Source of the DNA: Octopus bimaculoides
Lineage: Eukaryota
Assembly: GCF_001194135.2 (NCBI RefSeq)
Contig: NC_068981.1
Span: forward strand, 42,054,654-42,118,653
Direction: 5' to 3'
Length of the DNA stretch: 64,000 bases
The notes beneath the pieces were generated by a model that was not told where the DNA came from, searched no databases, and saw nothing but the letters and a program-made list of their open reading frames with translations. A program made the translations under genes and the position numbers. Every line of letters starts with the position of its first letter. The stretch's first letter is position 1. Shown here piece after piece: positions 38,423 through 52,655 of the stretch.

Positions 38423-39170
38423 NNNNNNNNNNNNNNNNNNNNNNNNNNNNNNNNNNNNNNNNNNNNNNNNNNNNNNNNNNNNNNNNNNNNNNNNNNNNNN
38501 NNNNNNNNNNNNNNNNNNNNNNNNNNNNNNNNNNNNNNNNNNNNNNNNNNNNNNNNNNNNNNNNNNNNNNNNNNNNNNNNNNNNNNNNNNNNNNNNNTAT
38601 ATATATATATATAAATGTATTTAATTATGTGTATTTCTTCTATCTTAATGAATAAAAATTCTTCGGATAGAATAAATGGGTTAATAGAAACCAATGTAGC
38701 AAAGAACACAAAATAACTGTGGTGTAGTTCCTGTTTTTAAGGCAGTAACTCCTTGAAATTTTGGGTATTTGAGTATATTTAAAAATTTAAGGAATGGAGA
38801 AAATGCATGTTATAATTGCATACTTTATTCCTACATATGTTTCAAAGGATTACAACCTATGTGATCCATAGGGATCTGTGGTGTTAAAATTGTAACCTTC
38901 TCTTCAGGGAAATGTATATATATGTTTGAGTGTGTGTGTGTGTGTGAGTGCATGTGTGCATTTGAGCATGCTTCTGTGTCTGTGTTTGTCCTCCACAGCT
39001 TGAAAACCGGTGTTTGTTTGTTTATGTCTCCGTTGCATTTGCGGTTCAGCGAAAGAGAGTTATGAAATAAGTATAAAACGTAAGTACTAGGTTGGTCTGT
39101 TTGACTGAAACCCTTTCAAGGCATTGCTCGAACATGGCCGCAGTCCAACGACTGAAAGAAGTAGAAGTAC
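38275..39170 (+). mobile_element. Split family A SINE: 5' part ~38275-38370, 3' part ~38975-39170
   Basis: cgggccgaccaatactttgtgagt...gcttgtcg then (CA)n/N/(TA)n, and later tgtgtctgtgtttgtcctcc...catggccgcagtc...gactgaaagaagtag. About 330 bp of other sequence lies between them. Confidence 0.6.
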
Positions 39171-41569
39171 ATCAGTCATTGTCTAGATAGCAAGGAAATA
39201 AGAACATTTTGTTTTTTTAGCTTAACGCTAATACTGGGTCGGGATACAGAATTTGGAATGACGTTGTGTGGTATTGCTTACTATAGATATGTTTAGAAAT
39301 AGTGATGGTAAAAGATGGGAACAAGTAGACTAAAAAAGAAATTATATGTCACGTTTATGGAATAGTAGTATTAATGCTTAGAAACCATGTTTGCTTTTGA
39401 GTTTATTCGCTTTAATTACGAGTGTGCTTTGGTTTAGAAGCGTGAAAAGCAGCGAGTCGTATAGAGTAGTTAAAATCTGAAGGAGAATATTGATCAATGG
39501 ATTTTAATTGGTAAACAGGTATGCAACAGGTTGCTAATCTAAAAACATATCATGGCTTCTAAGAATAGATGGGTGGCTAATGATATATGGGTGCCTATAA
39601 AGAAATAATTATCAGGAACGGCTATTCATATACAAAAACACATATGAATATATGCATTTAGAAATGAAATGAACGATATACTTTAGGACAAATAAGTGCT
39701 TGTACGAATATGCAGACAAACATAAATACGCGTATGGGTACAGACAAACACAGGTTTAATACCAGTTTCCTTTCACATGACAAAGAGCTTGTCTTTTGTA
39801 CAAATTTCGGCACACTCTCTGCGTAGCACATACTGTCAATAACTCACTCAATTAATATTCTCTATGAGTACTCTCCAAACACCAGAAACAACAAAAGATC
39901 ACACAAGGAAAAACAAATGTAGAATACATACACATTTCTCCAAATAATCCTAAAAGAAAATGGTGCACTCACCCCACTTGGAACTATTGTTACAAAAACA
40001 GAAATTCCTGGGAAAATTTGTAGTCGAACTAGAGATGAATCTACGAAAAACTGGCAAGTAAACAATATTTATAGTAATGTTTTCTTTCTCATACCCGTGA
40101 AAAACAAATAGCTTTCTCTAAACTAAAACAAAGAAATTCTTATTGTTTATAAGAGAAGATGTTCCTCGATTTGGATAGCTTAGGGAAATCAAACATTATA
40201 TAATGACAATTAAGAGAGAAGCTTTATCAACACAGTACTTACAGGGTTTCTGAAAGGAAATAGAATTTCTTTCTTGTCAATGATATCATGATGCTAACTT
40301 CTGTACGTACAAGAAAAGGAAATATGATTATATTTTCATACCTTCGTGCAATTTCGTAACAAACACGGGAGCTTCTTTTTTTTATTGAACTAAATTTCGT
40401 GTTTGTTTCAAATAGTAATGCTAGAACGAATTTATGCTGTTTATTCTTTTTCTCTACTAGATTACAAACAGATAGAGAAATAAAATATAAAAAAGAGGAC
40501 ACGAAAGGGTCTGTCAGAGTATCTCATCAATAAATCTCAACAAACTATAACGATGTGAATCTATTTGCATCATTAAAATCTTTATTACATTTCCAACAGA
40601 TTTTTACAAGAAATTTGAATTAAAACAATAAATAAATTCGGTTTTAAATCAAATCTAAAATAAACTTAGAAAAAAATCTGAATTTAAAACTAAGTTATTT
40701 GTATGATATGTCATAAACTAGTTGAAGGAATGCTTAAGCAACATGATATATTGAAATTTAAGACTGATTCATCAAGTCTATCTGAAGATCGAGTACGTAT
40801 GTTGTATGTATGTGTGTATGTGTGAATCTATCTTTATATGAACGTATGTATTCATATGTATGTATATACATACTTAAATACATGTATGTATGTAAACATG
40901 CATAAATATATGAACACTCAGCACATATGTATATGCATAAATACAAACGTACATACATTCAACGCACATATGCACAGATGTACACACGCACACAAACACA
41001 AGCACACAGACATATATCATCTGTTGAAATATACATAGAAAATTGACATGGGAATAAGAACTCATCTACATTATATTATCTCGGTTTTAAATTGATTTTA
41101 CGGCTGAAGATTTCTGTGGAAACTACTCGTATTATATGGCAAGTATTTTCTAATATATTTTTGGATATGCCGAATTGGTGAATCTTTGAAGACAAATTAT
41201 GCAAATTATGTGTATCAGAAGATGTTTTTTGTATTAACGTTGAACCTACTTACCTTAGATATTACAATAAGATTGTATTCATCTGGTCCAAGATCTCTCT
41301 CTCTCTCTCTTTCACTGTCTCTGTGTCTCATTGTCTCTCCCGTACGTGCATTCTTATTAATCCTGTCTCATTTTCTGTCTCCCTATATGTCTGTATATAT
41401 ATTCTCCACCAATGCAACAAAAATAAAGGGCATTAGCTCTGTAAATTTATCATTATATATATGTGTAAGTGTGTATGTTTATGCGTGTGTCTCCGTATGT
41501 GTATGTATCTGCACATACGTATGCACGTATTCATATACGTATACATACATACGTACATACATACACACA

Positions 41570-41589
41570 CACATATACATATACATATG

Positions 41590-41681
<92 letters not shown>
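41570..41681. repeat. Long (TA)n microsatellite
   Basis: Direct reading of the sequence. Confidence 0.97.
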
Positions 41682-41683
<2 letters not shown>

Positions 41684-41756
41684 TTAATGTTTCATTATAG
41701 GTATAAGTAACAAAATGTGCTCTATCCAGTGAGAGATAAATGTCATTTAACATGAT

Positions 41757-41925
41757 ATGGGTGTGTGGTAAGAAGCTTGCTTCCCAACCACATGGTTCCA
41801 GGTTCAGTCCCATTGCATAGCACCTCGGGTAAGTGTCTTCTAATAAAGTCTCAGGCCGACCGAAGCCTTGTGAGTGGATTTGGTAGACGGAAGATGAAAG
41901 AAGCCCGTCATACGTATATGTATAC

Positions 41926-41992
<67 letters not shown>

Positions 41993-42095
41993 TGTCCCAA
42001 CCCCCGCCCCGCTTGACAACTGGTAGTGATGTGTTTACGTCCCCGTAACTAGCGGTTCGGCAAAAGAGACAGATTGAATAAAGACTAGATTAAAA
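41757..42095 (+). mobile_element. SINE family A, 3'-truncated
   Basis: gtgtggtaagaagcttgcttcccaaccacatggttcc... head, internal (TA)(TG)n, and cgcttgacaac...gcggttcggcaaaagagac. Confidence 0.9.
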
Positions 42096-42376
42096 ACGAC
42101 ATGTCTATTTACCTTTCAACAACAGTCTTTTATCTAAAAATATAACTTGCTACTGAAATTGCTTACACTCCGTACCTTACTGTTCAAAAACCTTACCCTC
42201 TCATTTTCTGTCTTAACCTGATACCCTAGTTCTCTTTAATGACTTGTAGGTACGTGGAATTTCGTTATGCACCCATAACATGCTATAAAGCATATTAAAT
42301 GTCTTTAGAGGTCAACAGCACGTTCTACTGCGTTAGCAGTACTTTTTACATTATTTTGTTAAGGTTATTTCTACAG

Positions 42377-42469
42377 ATATTCTATAGAAAGTATAGCCAG
42401 CACTTATTTTGCTACAATGTTTCATATCGAGACGTCAGATGTAAACAATGAAATCGAAGACAAAAATGG
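42377..42469 (+). CDS. Candidate 93-nt symmetric exon (YSIESIASTYFATMFHIETSDVNNEIEDKNG)
   Basis: ttatttctacag|...|gtaatg with one open frame, phase 2-2. No homology recognised. Confidence 0.18.
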
Positions 42470-42952
42470 GTAATGAGTGCATATGCCATATTTCGTTTTT
42501 TTTTTTGCCCCTTCATCAGCACCCATCTAACCCATTTTCGCTTGTGTGTATAGTTCATGAGCTTTTTTTTTAATTTCCCTGATACAAAGCTGGCAAATGA
42601 ACAATATACACATGTGCTAGAAGTGTGTACAATGTTACAAGTGTGTGAACTTGATGATTTCAGACTAACTCTTGAGCACAGTTGACTAAGCCATCAGTAC
42701 AAAACCTTTAGGTATAAGAAAATAATCCAGTGTACAAACAAACTTAGGTTTATGAAAGGAAGAAGCAATATTCCATGCATGTTGTAAAATATAGTTATTC
42801 ATTCGAAGATAAGGATTTGTTTTCACGATACTCGGATCACATCAATCACGTTTTCACGATGCTCGGATCACATCAATCAAACTCATTTGTCGCCTCATTG
42901 CATTCACAAAAGCGAGGTAACTCAGCAATAAGAAATAAAAAGCTGATATATC

Positions 42953-43390
42953 TTTCACTTGTTTCAGTCATTTTGACTGCTGGGGCGCTGCCTTAAAAGG
43001 TTTAGTAGAAAAATCGACCCACCAATACGTATTTTAAAGCTTGGTAGTTATTTTAGCGGTTTCTGATTTGCTGAACCACTAATGTTATAAAGAGGTTTGT
43101 CTCCCACTGTAACACTGACAACTATCGGTTGACAAGCAGTTGTGGAGGGATAAACAGAAACATGAAGACACATGCATGCATGCATACATACATACACACA
43201 GACACACACATATATATATGTATATACGACAGACTTCCTTCAGTTTTCATCTACCAAATCCATCCACAAGACTTTGGTCGGTCTGGGACTATAAGAGAAG
43301 GCATTTACTTAAGGTGCTGCACAATGGGACTTAACCCAAGGCAATGTTTTGGAAGCAAGCTTGTTAACAACACAGTCATACATGCGCCTA
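42953..43390 (-). mobile_element. SINE family A, older full-length copy
   Basis: The reverse complement runs from the tail ttcacttgtttcagtcattttgactgc to the head cacagtcatacatgcgcc, with an internal CA/TA tract. Confidence 0.85.
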
Positions 43391-43596
43391 TATAAATGTA
43401 TCTTTGATACAAAATAACAGAATATCTTTTCGTCATTCCCGTTTTTGTCTCTTTCCTGTACACTCCACGTTTTTCTTTGTAATCAACTTCCTGAAAAAGT
43501 GCTGAAGCTTGAAACGTCAAATGCATGTTAATTTTCTTAATCTTTTATTAAATTTATAACTACAGTTTGTATTGTTTCCATAGTAAATTCTGACAC

Positions 43597-43659
<63 letters not shown>

Positions 43660-43661
43660 GC

Positions 43662-43707
<46 letters not shown>

Positions 43708-43763
43708 GTCTGTCTGTCTGTCTGTCTGTCTGNNNNNNNNNNCTGCGTATGTATGTATCTGCC

Positions 43764-43815
<52 letters not shown>
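43597..43815. repeat. (TATC)n/(TGTC)n microsatellite
   Basis: Direct reading of the sequence. Confidence 0.97.
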
Positions 43816-43818
<3 letters not shown>

Positions 43819-44233
43819 GTATGCATATATCCATTTACGTTACACATGTGTGAGTGTGCGTGTGCCTGTGTGACTCTTATACAACAAAGAACTCGAGAAA
43901 CATGCATACATGTGGATACAATTATGATTTATACAAACAGCACAGAGATAAATAAATAAATTGATTGACTTATCGTATGGCAAGAGTTATCCTACAGAGG
44001 GTGAAGTGCCCTATCCATTTAAAAAATAAAGGCAAATTATGATGTTTACTTCTTATCTAAGAACAGCAATAGAATTGAAATAAAGATAACAAGAAATCGG
44101 TTTCAGACCCGATTTGCTGGATATTAAATTTCATTGTTAGACGCTTGATATAAAGTAAGCAAATATATAGTAAAACAGTAACAACAATAATACGCACTCA
44201 CAAGCATACACACGTACATATGCTTATGCTCAC

Positions 44234-44264
<31 letters not shown>

Positions 44265-44290
44265 TGTATGTATGTATGCATGTGTGTATG

Positions 44291-44321
<31 letters not shown>

Positions 44322-44409
44322 GTGTGTATGTGTGTAAGTGTGGCGAAGTACGTTTGTGTACATACACTAAAATTCAGCTCGGTGCATTTACAATTCACTG
44401 ATCAAACTC

Positions 44410-44640
44410 TCTGAGAGCAATAGGTTCTTTTGATTCCTTAGAGATAAAAGTCATATCTTCCTCAAACCAGTATCTGCAGTTTAAAAAAAAAGGCACATTA
44501 GACAGTGTAGTTAGTCTCAAATAGATGGTGCCAAGAAATAACAGACAGGCTGATCTTGGTTTGAATACATATGATCAAAAACTTACTAAACCAGTCTTTC
44601 GTGGGGATAAGCAAGAATAGCAATAGGACAGATCTATTTA
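44410..44640 (-). mobile_element. Dispersed repeat family C
   Basis: The reverse complement contains attgctattcttg...tttttgatcata...ctacactgtctaatgtgcc...gtttgaggaagatatg, as in the 12852 and 60800 copies. Confidence 0.5.
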
Positions 44641-47169
44641 CCTAGATACTAATACGAATTACAAGGGCTTACACGATAACTGTTCTTTCAGTTTTCTCCA
44701 ATATTGTGTCACAATCGTTTCCTTCGTGTATCTTTTATCTCTAGAGTTACTCTGTTGATTCTTTCACTATTAACGTAATAATAATGTATTAAAGTATTGA
44801 CCCGTAAGAAATAATTTTCAGCTAAGCTCAATCTGTTATCTTAACCGTACCAACTACAAGTGTTTATAAATTGTGTGGGCTTTAGCCCTTCACCTTATTT
44901 GAAAGGAGAGAGATTCCTGTCTTAATTAGACCAGCTTTTCCTAATCTTTTGACTGCGTGATGCACTGGAGATCAAATAATGATGTTGGCATTCTTCGCTT
45001 GGAAAGTTAAAGAAATATTTTAAAGTTAAATGTTTAGGAAAAAAAAGAAAGAAAACTATTGATTATCCTCGTTTGTTAATGGTAATTATGTATAACAAAA
45101 TTAGGAATATTGTTTTTCAAGTCACTCAAGTATTGGTACGGATTTTTCAAAGTATTAAATTAAACATTTTTGCTTTAAAATTCTTGTTGCACTTCAATAT
45201 ATTTTGTTGTGAACCCGTGCGTAGTGTGGCACAGTTTGGGAAGTGCTGTACTAGATTGTAGATTACGGTTTTTTAAGAGAGTTTCATTTTGATTACGTAC
45301 ATGCTTCATTCATTAGTCATCCTCATAATTATTTTATTAATTTCACACAGTCAACAATCTCTCAGAGAGGGATATAAAGCTACAAATTTGTCGTGGTCGA
45401 AATAATTAATTTAAGCGATGCAAGAACATGACTGGCAAATATTTGATCGAACTCATTCGAAGAAGTTTTCCGTTGACTCCGTTAGGAATAAACTCAAAAT
45501 AAGCGAGACAACATGAAAAACTGTAAGGCAACTACCCTGGCGCTCTACCTTGTCTTTTCTGATCAAATCACAATCCTTTTCCAAATATTATTGGTTAATA
45601 ATTGATTCTTTCATTGTTCCAGAGAAGTTATTGAATTCCGTGATAAAGAGAAATAGCGACGAATCAATATTAAGTCGAGAAATACAGTTGACCAAATCAT
45701 TAGATTGCCAGTGTGTATTTGAATCTACTTTGTCAATGCTTCATGCATTAAATATGCTAGCACCCCACCCATTTATGTATCGTTTGATATGAGGAGGGTG
45801 ACTCAGCATTATTTAATTCCTCAACATTTCAATTGTTGTACACTAACATTATAGATTACTGTATGTTTTCTGATCTATTTGTTTATTACTACAGCACCAA
45901 GTTACTGCGAGGACATACTTCGCCCGTGACCCACCACGGCCGCATTCTAATGAGTGAAGGAAATAAAAAAACGAAATAAAGGAAATATGTTATACACATG
46001 TCTATACTTGCCACATAATACTTTCAGAAAAAGGAGAAAAATAATTTCGGAGTTTTTTGGCAAGTAACTTGATGTGAGATCATGAGTTGAAGTTGTTTCT
46101 AAAGAACACATAAACTGTTATGTTTTATTTTTTGTAATTCTGTTCACTACAATGCGTCAAAAAGCTTCATCGCGCTTTTGCGACTAGATCTATTGAAAAT
46201 CAGTTACTATTCAGATTTTATAAGCATTGTGGTGCTCTTTATTTCTGTTCTTAATGGTTTAGCGGTATCACTGTATATTTTATTTTACTTTAGTTTTTTA
46301 TTGTTCTATATACTGATAAATGAAGTTTATATCCTGTCTCGACTACTTATCAGGATAAAAAACCAGACCACAAGCAGTTTCACTAGTACCTCTATATTGC
46401 AATTAAAGCCAAATCACATCATTTCGGCTCGTCTGCTTACTTATACACGACATCACTAACTGATTTGGTTAGCAAATTATGAACCATAATTATTTATGTT
46501 CTATACTGCATACAATCGGATTAACTAGTTAATGTATTTTCAAAGATTTTGCTTATAAAATTTTACAACGACGACTAGCTTCAGTTTACAAATTTTTTAA
46601 AATCAAAATTGCTTGAGTGTGCATTCTTTTTATCTAAATTTAAGAATTACATTTTTTGTTCATGTCGTAATAACATTTTTCTGCTTATTTTGTTTAAGTT
46701 ATAAGCCGAAAAAAGTATTTAAACAATCACCAACAATTTTCAGGTCTGACGTCAGTGTGTAGTGTAAAACAAGTCTTCATAAATAAACAAGAACGGAATA
46801 AATAAGTAACCAAAGAAATAAATGATATTAACAAACTCCATAAAAGCAGAGATGAAAATTTACGTTTGTTGATTTTTATAGTAGATGCTGTAAAAATTAT
46901 TTTATTGCATTTTCCCCTCTACTTAGAGATTTCGTAATCAAACGAGGAGGGGGTTTATTTTTAAATATGTAATTTTGTATTAAGTGTAATTGGTTTTGTT
47001 GAAAAATCAATATCGTGAATGGTGGAAAATAAATAAAGAAATGTAAATATATTTTAAAAACAGCGAAAACATTTTTTTTGCAAATAAAATAACGAAATTA
47101 ATTTAAAATAAACGAAATGAATTATTTCTAGAAACAAAGGCAGCAATATGAGATTTTATTAGGAAAAAG

Positions 47170-47202
<33 letters not shown>

Positions 47203-50200
47203 TTATCTATAACAGAGTCACTCTTGACTTATTTAAATGACCAGTACAACAATTATAATAATATATTAATGAAGATTCCTCCAAATAAATCAGTATCTGA
47301 GAAGTATAGTGATGGTTTCTGTTGGCAAAATTAATTTAATATATTTCACGAAATAAGATAAATTCATGTTCCGTGAGTTGAGTTGTATTATATCAATCAA
47401 ATCCTTCGTGAAAAAAATGCGATCTTGAAAGTGTGTGAATGAAGTTAAAGAAGGGTCTCGGTTTACAACACATGAAGTTTGGCTATAATTATTAATGTTT
47501 CAATAAGTAGTTAAATATATACACATTAATTTTAGTCAGACTTTCAGAAAACTTTGAATGGTTAGGTAAAAAGGATCGAGCAATCCTTTGACAACAAAAC
47601 TGCTATAGTTGGTTTGTAACTGGCATTCCTGGTTGTAAATGTGCAATATATCTACTGTGATCAATGACATAAATATCAATGATATCTATTTCAAACTTAG
47701 TTAAATTCTTCCTGTATTAAACTATATAAACGATACATCAGCGTTGTATTTAGTTGAACGATATAGAAAAACTCGTCATATGTAAAGGATTACCTTATCA
47801 CTGGTATAAAACACAAGCTGTCAGTTATCAAATCATATAATGTCAAATGAGAGTTTAGTTTTAGCCACTACATTATTCTATGAAAAACAGGACTAATACA
47901 GTCGTAATTGACACCATACAAAACTTGTAAGTTCGTTTAGAGTTGTTGATTAACTCAAATCATCCCAGCTCTAGTAGATCTATGAGTAAAAATACTTCTT
48001 TGACCATCCCATCTTATTTTTAGACATTTTATCTTGGCCTTCATCATCCAATATGTCCTGTTTAGGAGCAGGAAGTAATTTGTGGTCTGTTGTTTCAATC
48101 GCGTGGTGTGACTACGTGCAGCTTGCTCGCTTTTAAGTAGTATTTCAATATTTGTAAAGTGATAGCTGGTTTGCGAATACAAAACCTAATAGAGAGCTCT
48201 GAAATCAGAAATGCTACTACACAGATGTGTATTCTTCTGCCGTTTCACATTGCTCGATGGTAAAGCATAAGCTAATTTTCTTTAGTTATATCATGAAGAA
48301 AATATAGTTACATAGAATATATAAGATCACATTAAAAATTAGATATATCTGAACTTTTCATATAGATAAACTTTCTTGAAGTTTTATTATCAATGCACTT
48401 TTGTAAAACTTTCACTGTGCATCAGTTTTTTTCATGAGATAACGTTGGTAAACAATCAACCTCATTTGACAAAAATGCACTCTTTTGTCTGCTATGTAAA
48501 CATAAGAGAAAATAGAATNNNNNNNNNNNNNNNNNNNNNNNNNNNNNNNNNNNNNNNNNNNNNNNNNNNNNNNNNNNNNNNNNNNNNNNNNNNNNNNNNN
48601 NNNNNNNNNNNNNNNNNNNNNNNNNNNNNNNNNNNNNNNNNNNNNNNNNNNNNNNNNNNNNNNNNNNNNNNNNNNNNNNNNNNNNNNNNNNNNNNNNNNN
48701 NNNNNNNNNNNNNNNNNNNNNNNNNNNNNNNNNNNNNNNNNNNNNNNNNNNNNNNNNNNNNNNNNNNNNNNNNNNNNNNNNNNNNNNNNNNNNNNNNNNN
48801 NNNNNNNNNNNNNNNNNNNNNNNNNNNNNNNNNNNNNNNNNNNNNNNNNNNNNNNNNNNNNNNNNNNNNNNNNNNNNNNNNNNNNNNNNNNNNNNNNNNN
48901 NNNNNNNNNNNNNNNNNNNNNNNNNNNNNNNNNNNNNNNNNNNNNNNNNNNNNNNNNNNNNNNNNNNNNNNNNNNNNNNNNNNNNNNNNNNNNNNNNNNN
49001 NNNCATTCTTTCTTTTTTTCTTTTTGCAAGCCACAATCCGTCAGCCAACAATTCTCAGTCATTTTCATTTTAAATTGCAGCTTTGACTGATTTTCATAAA
49101 AGAATTGTTTCTCCTGCTTCATACATAACAGGTTAGCGTGGCAGAGTCTGCAAATTTAGATTCATCTGAAGCAGTTGCAATGTTTAATATGAAATCTTGT
49201 AATTATGTCCTCCGAAAAAGCTGCTCAGTTGTTCTGTACATTACCATTTCCCCTTTTTATGATGGATTTTATTAACATCCGATTTAATTGCAAGTTGCGT
49301 TCGATACAAAAATCGCAGAAAAAAAAAAGAGAAACACAAACAGCTATTAATATTTCGAAAAATAATAAAATAGCAAAGATATTGAGATTAGAAAGAAAAA
49401 AATGTCTGGATAAAAATAATATTGAAGTTAATACGTAAAACAACGCTAGATCTAATAAAGATTAAAATGTATTGCCTGTATTAAGATTATGAATGATAAA
49501 AAATGAGAATTGATAAGCAGATTGCATTATTTTTTAAATTGTAATAATAAGTTGGTTTCCAATGCTGTTTTTTTTTATGCAATTAGTTTCCTAATTAATT
49601 TGTAGCAATCATAAATTTAGTATTCATTGTGAGGTATTATAATATCTAAAATATGGCTTGGTTGAAATAATTTTAAAGTATTATACTCGCCAACTATATG
49701 AACATCTCCATTTGGTGCTATAGTCAGCATTCCAGTCCCTTATTTTTCATATGTGGTTGGTTAACGTCATTATTTTTAATTGAAATATTATGATTTTATA
49801 AAATTCATATTCTAAAGAGCCATATTGGTTCTCAGCCTGGTATTTTTTTTATTAAAGGAAAAGTCGTAGTTTTAATGAGTCTAAAGAGTCTTAAAGTCGT
49901 ATTCAGCATGAACGAGTACGAAGCATAAGTAACTGTTTCTCTATCTTCAGTAGTGTATAAAGACCACTTCTAACTCTTCTGTGAAGTGAGTTCTTTTAAT
50001 TTATTGAAAATAATCGATACAGTAACGTATGAGTGTGTACATGTTTAAGCAAATATCCATATGTATGCATATATATATATATATATATANNNNNNNNNNN
50101 NNNNNNNNNNNNNNNNNNNNNNNNNNNNNNNNNNNNNNNNNNNNNNNNNNNNNNNNNNNNNNNNNNNNNNNNNNNNNNNNNNNNNNNNNNNNNNNNNNNN

Positions 50201-51869
50201 NNNNNNNNNNNNNNNNNNNNNNNNNNNNNNNNNNNNNNNNNNNNNNNNNNNNNNNNNNNNNNNNNNNNNNNNNNNNNNNNTATATGTCTGCATAGACACG
50301 CACACGCACTACACACATACACATACACGCATGCACATATATTGTTGGAAGAGCAGCTGAATTCATTGTCTTTTATTGAAATAATCTTCAAGATTTGATA
50401 ATATGCTGCCAATATTCAATGTCAATTGCATTTATTAAAGTGTTGCAATAATTACAGGGGAACTGTAGCCTCTTTATATAGTCAGAATTGTCTCCCAAAT
50501 TAAGAAACTGTTTTCAGAAAATTAATAATGTGTTCTATACCACAGAATTAAAAAAAAAGGTTTATCGAATTACTCGACCTATGACATCTATGAAAGTTTT
50601 GCAACCGCGAAACTATTTATCTGAAAATGTATTGTTTACCAGAATGTGTCAGTATGTCATACGTTAGTTATCAAACGAGCTGATAGGGTTATGGCTAATG
50701 TATATAAATAATGACACTTCATATCTAAGACGAAGATACAAACACTTAAGGAATTCAATACAACGATCTGCAAATAGGTTTTCTGTAGAAGTATCGGTCG
50801 CTCATCAATGACTGTTGTTTGAATACTTTGTCATTAGCAAGAGACTGCATATTTTTTCGGAAACGAATTCGTACGCTCCTATATTTTGTCAGACCCCATT
50901 TAACAGACTTGCCTTATTTAATATATATAATTTGTAAATAAGTGAATACGAAGTGTTCAATTAGTATGCTTATGTTCCATTGAATAGTAAATTTTGCTCG
51001 TATATGCCATATACACACTCATTAATGTTATTAATGGATCAAATTGAAACCACCGTTTACAAAATGCGATCTAAGACTAACTAATTTTATTTGTCGATTA
51101 AATCATACTGATAATTTCATTAAGGCTAGCGTTTATAGTTTCATCTTTGTCTAGATAATAGTTAATTTGCTACAGTACAACTAACTGATAATAATAATAT
51201 TGCATTAACTAGTTATGCGAAGTACTTTAAATTACTTCATAATATAAATATAATCAGTGGACTTTAATCAGATGATTTTTTTGCATTCTATTTACTAAAA
51301 CATATATAACATTAGGATTGGTTCAAATTTAAACATCCTCATTGTTTTACGAAATTGCAATTTCACAGAGAGTAAAAATTAAAATATATTTCCCTTAAGT
51401 CAGTTTGGGTAAAGAAAGTTGATAATGCAGCGTGTGTGAATAAAACATTCTTTGTAGCAACAAGAAAATATAGTCACTGAATGGCCAAGCGGTCTGTCGT
51501 GCTTGAAGGGAATAAACTTAATTCTATTTATCTTCAGTTCACTTAGACATTGAGATATTGAAATAACATACATAACTGATTATCTTCTGTCATGTAAAAT
51601 GGACATTTATATCTCAACAACATAACGCTACAAAAACTCCAATTTAACACCATCCCTATGGAAAGCTGATTAGTGAAACATGACTGTCTTGCCAATACAA
51701 ATAGCAAATAACATATTTGATGTCACTGTACAAAATCTATGTAGCATGAAATTTTACAAAGTGTTCCTACATATGACTAGCATAAAGGAAATATCGAATC
51801 TGATGAGCTATATAGTAGAAATAAGTACAAGTAGAATCAACCATACTACATATCTTTGCTAATTGTTTT

Positions 51870-52145
51870 AGGTATCGGTGCTGCCGCGAGTCGACATGGG
51901 TGGCTTTTTTACTCCATCACTCTTGATCCAACTGAACATCTTAATCGTAAGAGCAGGAGGAAGAGAGGGTTGCACTAGTATCCGACTTAATCGTAAGAGC
52001 AGGAGGATGAGAGGGCTGCAATAGTACCCAGCTCAGTAGACTGGACCAATATGTAACAAAGTTCATTGATCGTGGACGCAGCCGACCTCCCAATCTAGCT
52101 ATTGAAAGCACGATCCTATGAGCATTGTCTAACTCAAAGCACTAA
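51870..52145 (-). mobile_element. Family D-related SINE with an internal 46-bp tandem duplication
   Basis: The reverse complement has tcataggatcgtgctttcaat, compared with family D tcataggatcgcggtttcgat. The duplication lies at 51940-52029. Confidence 0.45.
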
Positions 52146-52201
52146 GTCAGACTTCTTCCATACTACTCCTATAATATTATAGGAAGGGAATTCAATATAT
52201 A

Positions 52202-52623
52202 GGCGCAGGAGTGGCTGTGTGGTAAGTAGTTTGCTTACCAACCACATGGTTCTGGGTTCAGTCCCACTGCGTAGCACCTTGGGCAAGTGCCTTCTACTAT
52301 AGCCTCGGGCCAACCAAAGCCTTGTGAGTGGATTTGGTAGACGGAAACTGAAAGAAGCCCGTCGTATATATGTATATATATATGTGTGTATATATATACA
52401 CACACATATANNNNNNNNNNNNNNNNNNNNNNNNNNNNNNNNNNNNNNNNNNNNNNNNNNNNNNNNNNNNNNNNNNNNNNNNNNNNNNNNNNNNNNNNNN
52501 NNNNNNNNNNNNNNNNNNNNNNNNNNNNNNNNNNNNNNNNNNNNNNNNNNNNNNNNNNNNNNNNNNNNNNNNNNNNNNNNNNNNNNNNNNNNNNNNNTAT
52601 ATATATATATATATATACATATG

Positions 52624-52655
<32 letters not shown>

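Larger units (their letters stand above)
4639..52597. other. 14 assembly gaps (N-runs) within this span
   Basis: 4639-4782, 9348-9565, 13548-13840, 14990-15135, 25410-25434, 28372-28892, 31415-31500, 36160-36557, 37344-37593, 38423-38597, 43733-43742, 48519-49002, 50090-50280, 52411-52597. Confidence 0.98.

Noticed and set aside
46747-46754. CRE palindrome TGACGTCA
   Set aside because: About one such octamer is expected by chance in 64 kb, and there is no supporting promoter evidence.
42819-52029. Short direct repeats considered as a CRISPR-like array
   Set aside because: They are only two-copy tandem duplications with no repeat-spacer periodicity and no cas genes, in a eukaryotic context.
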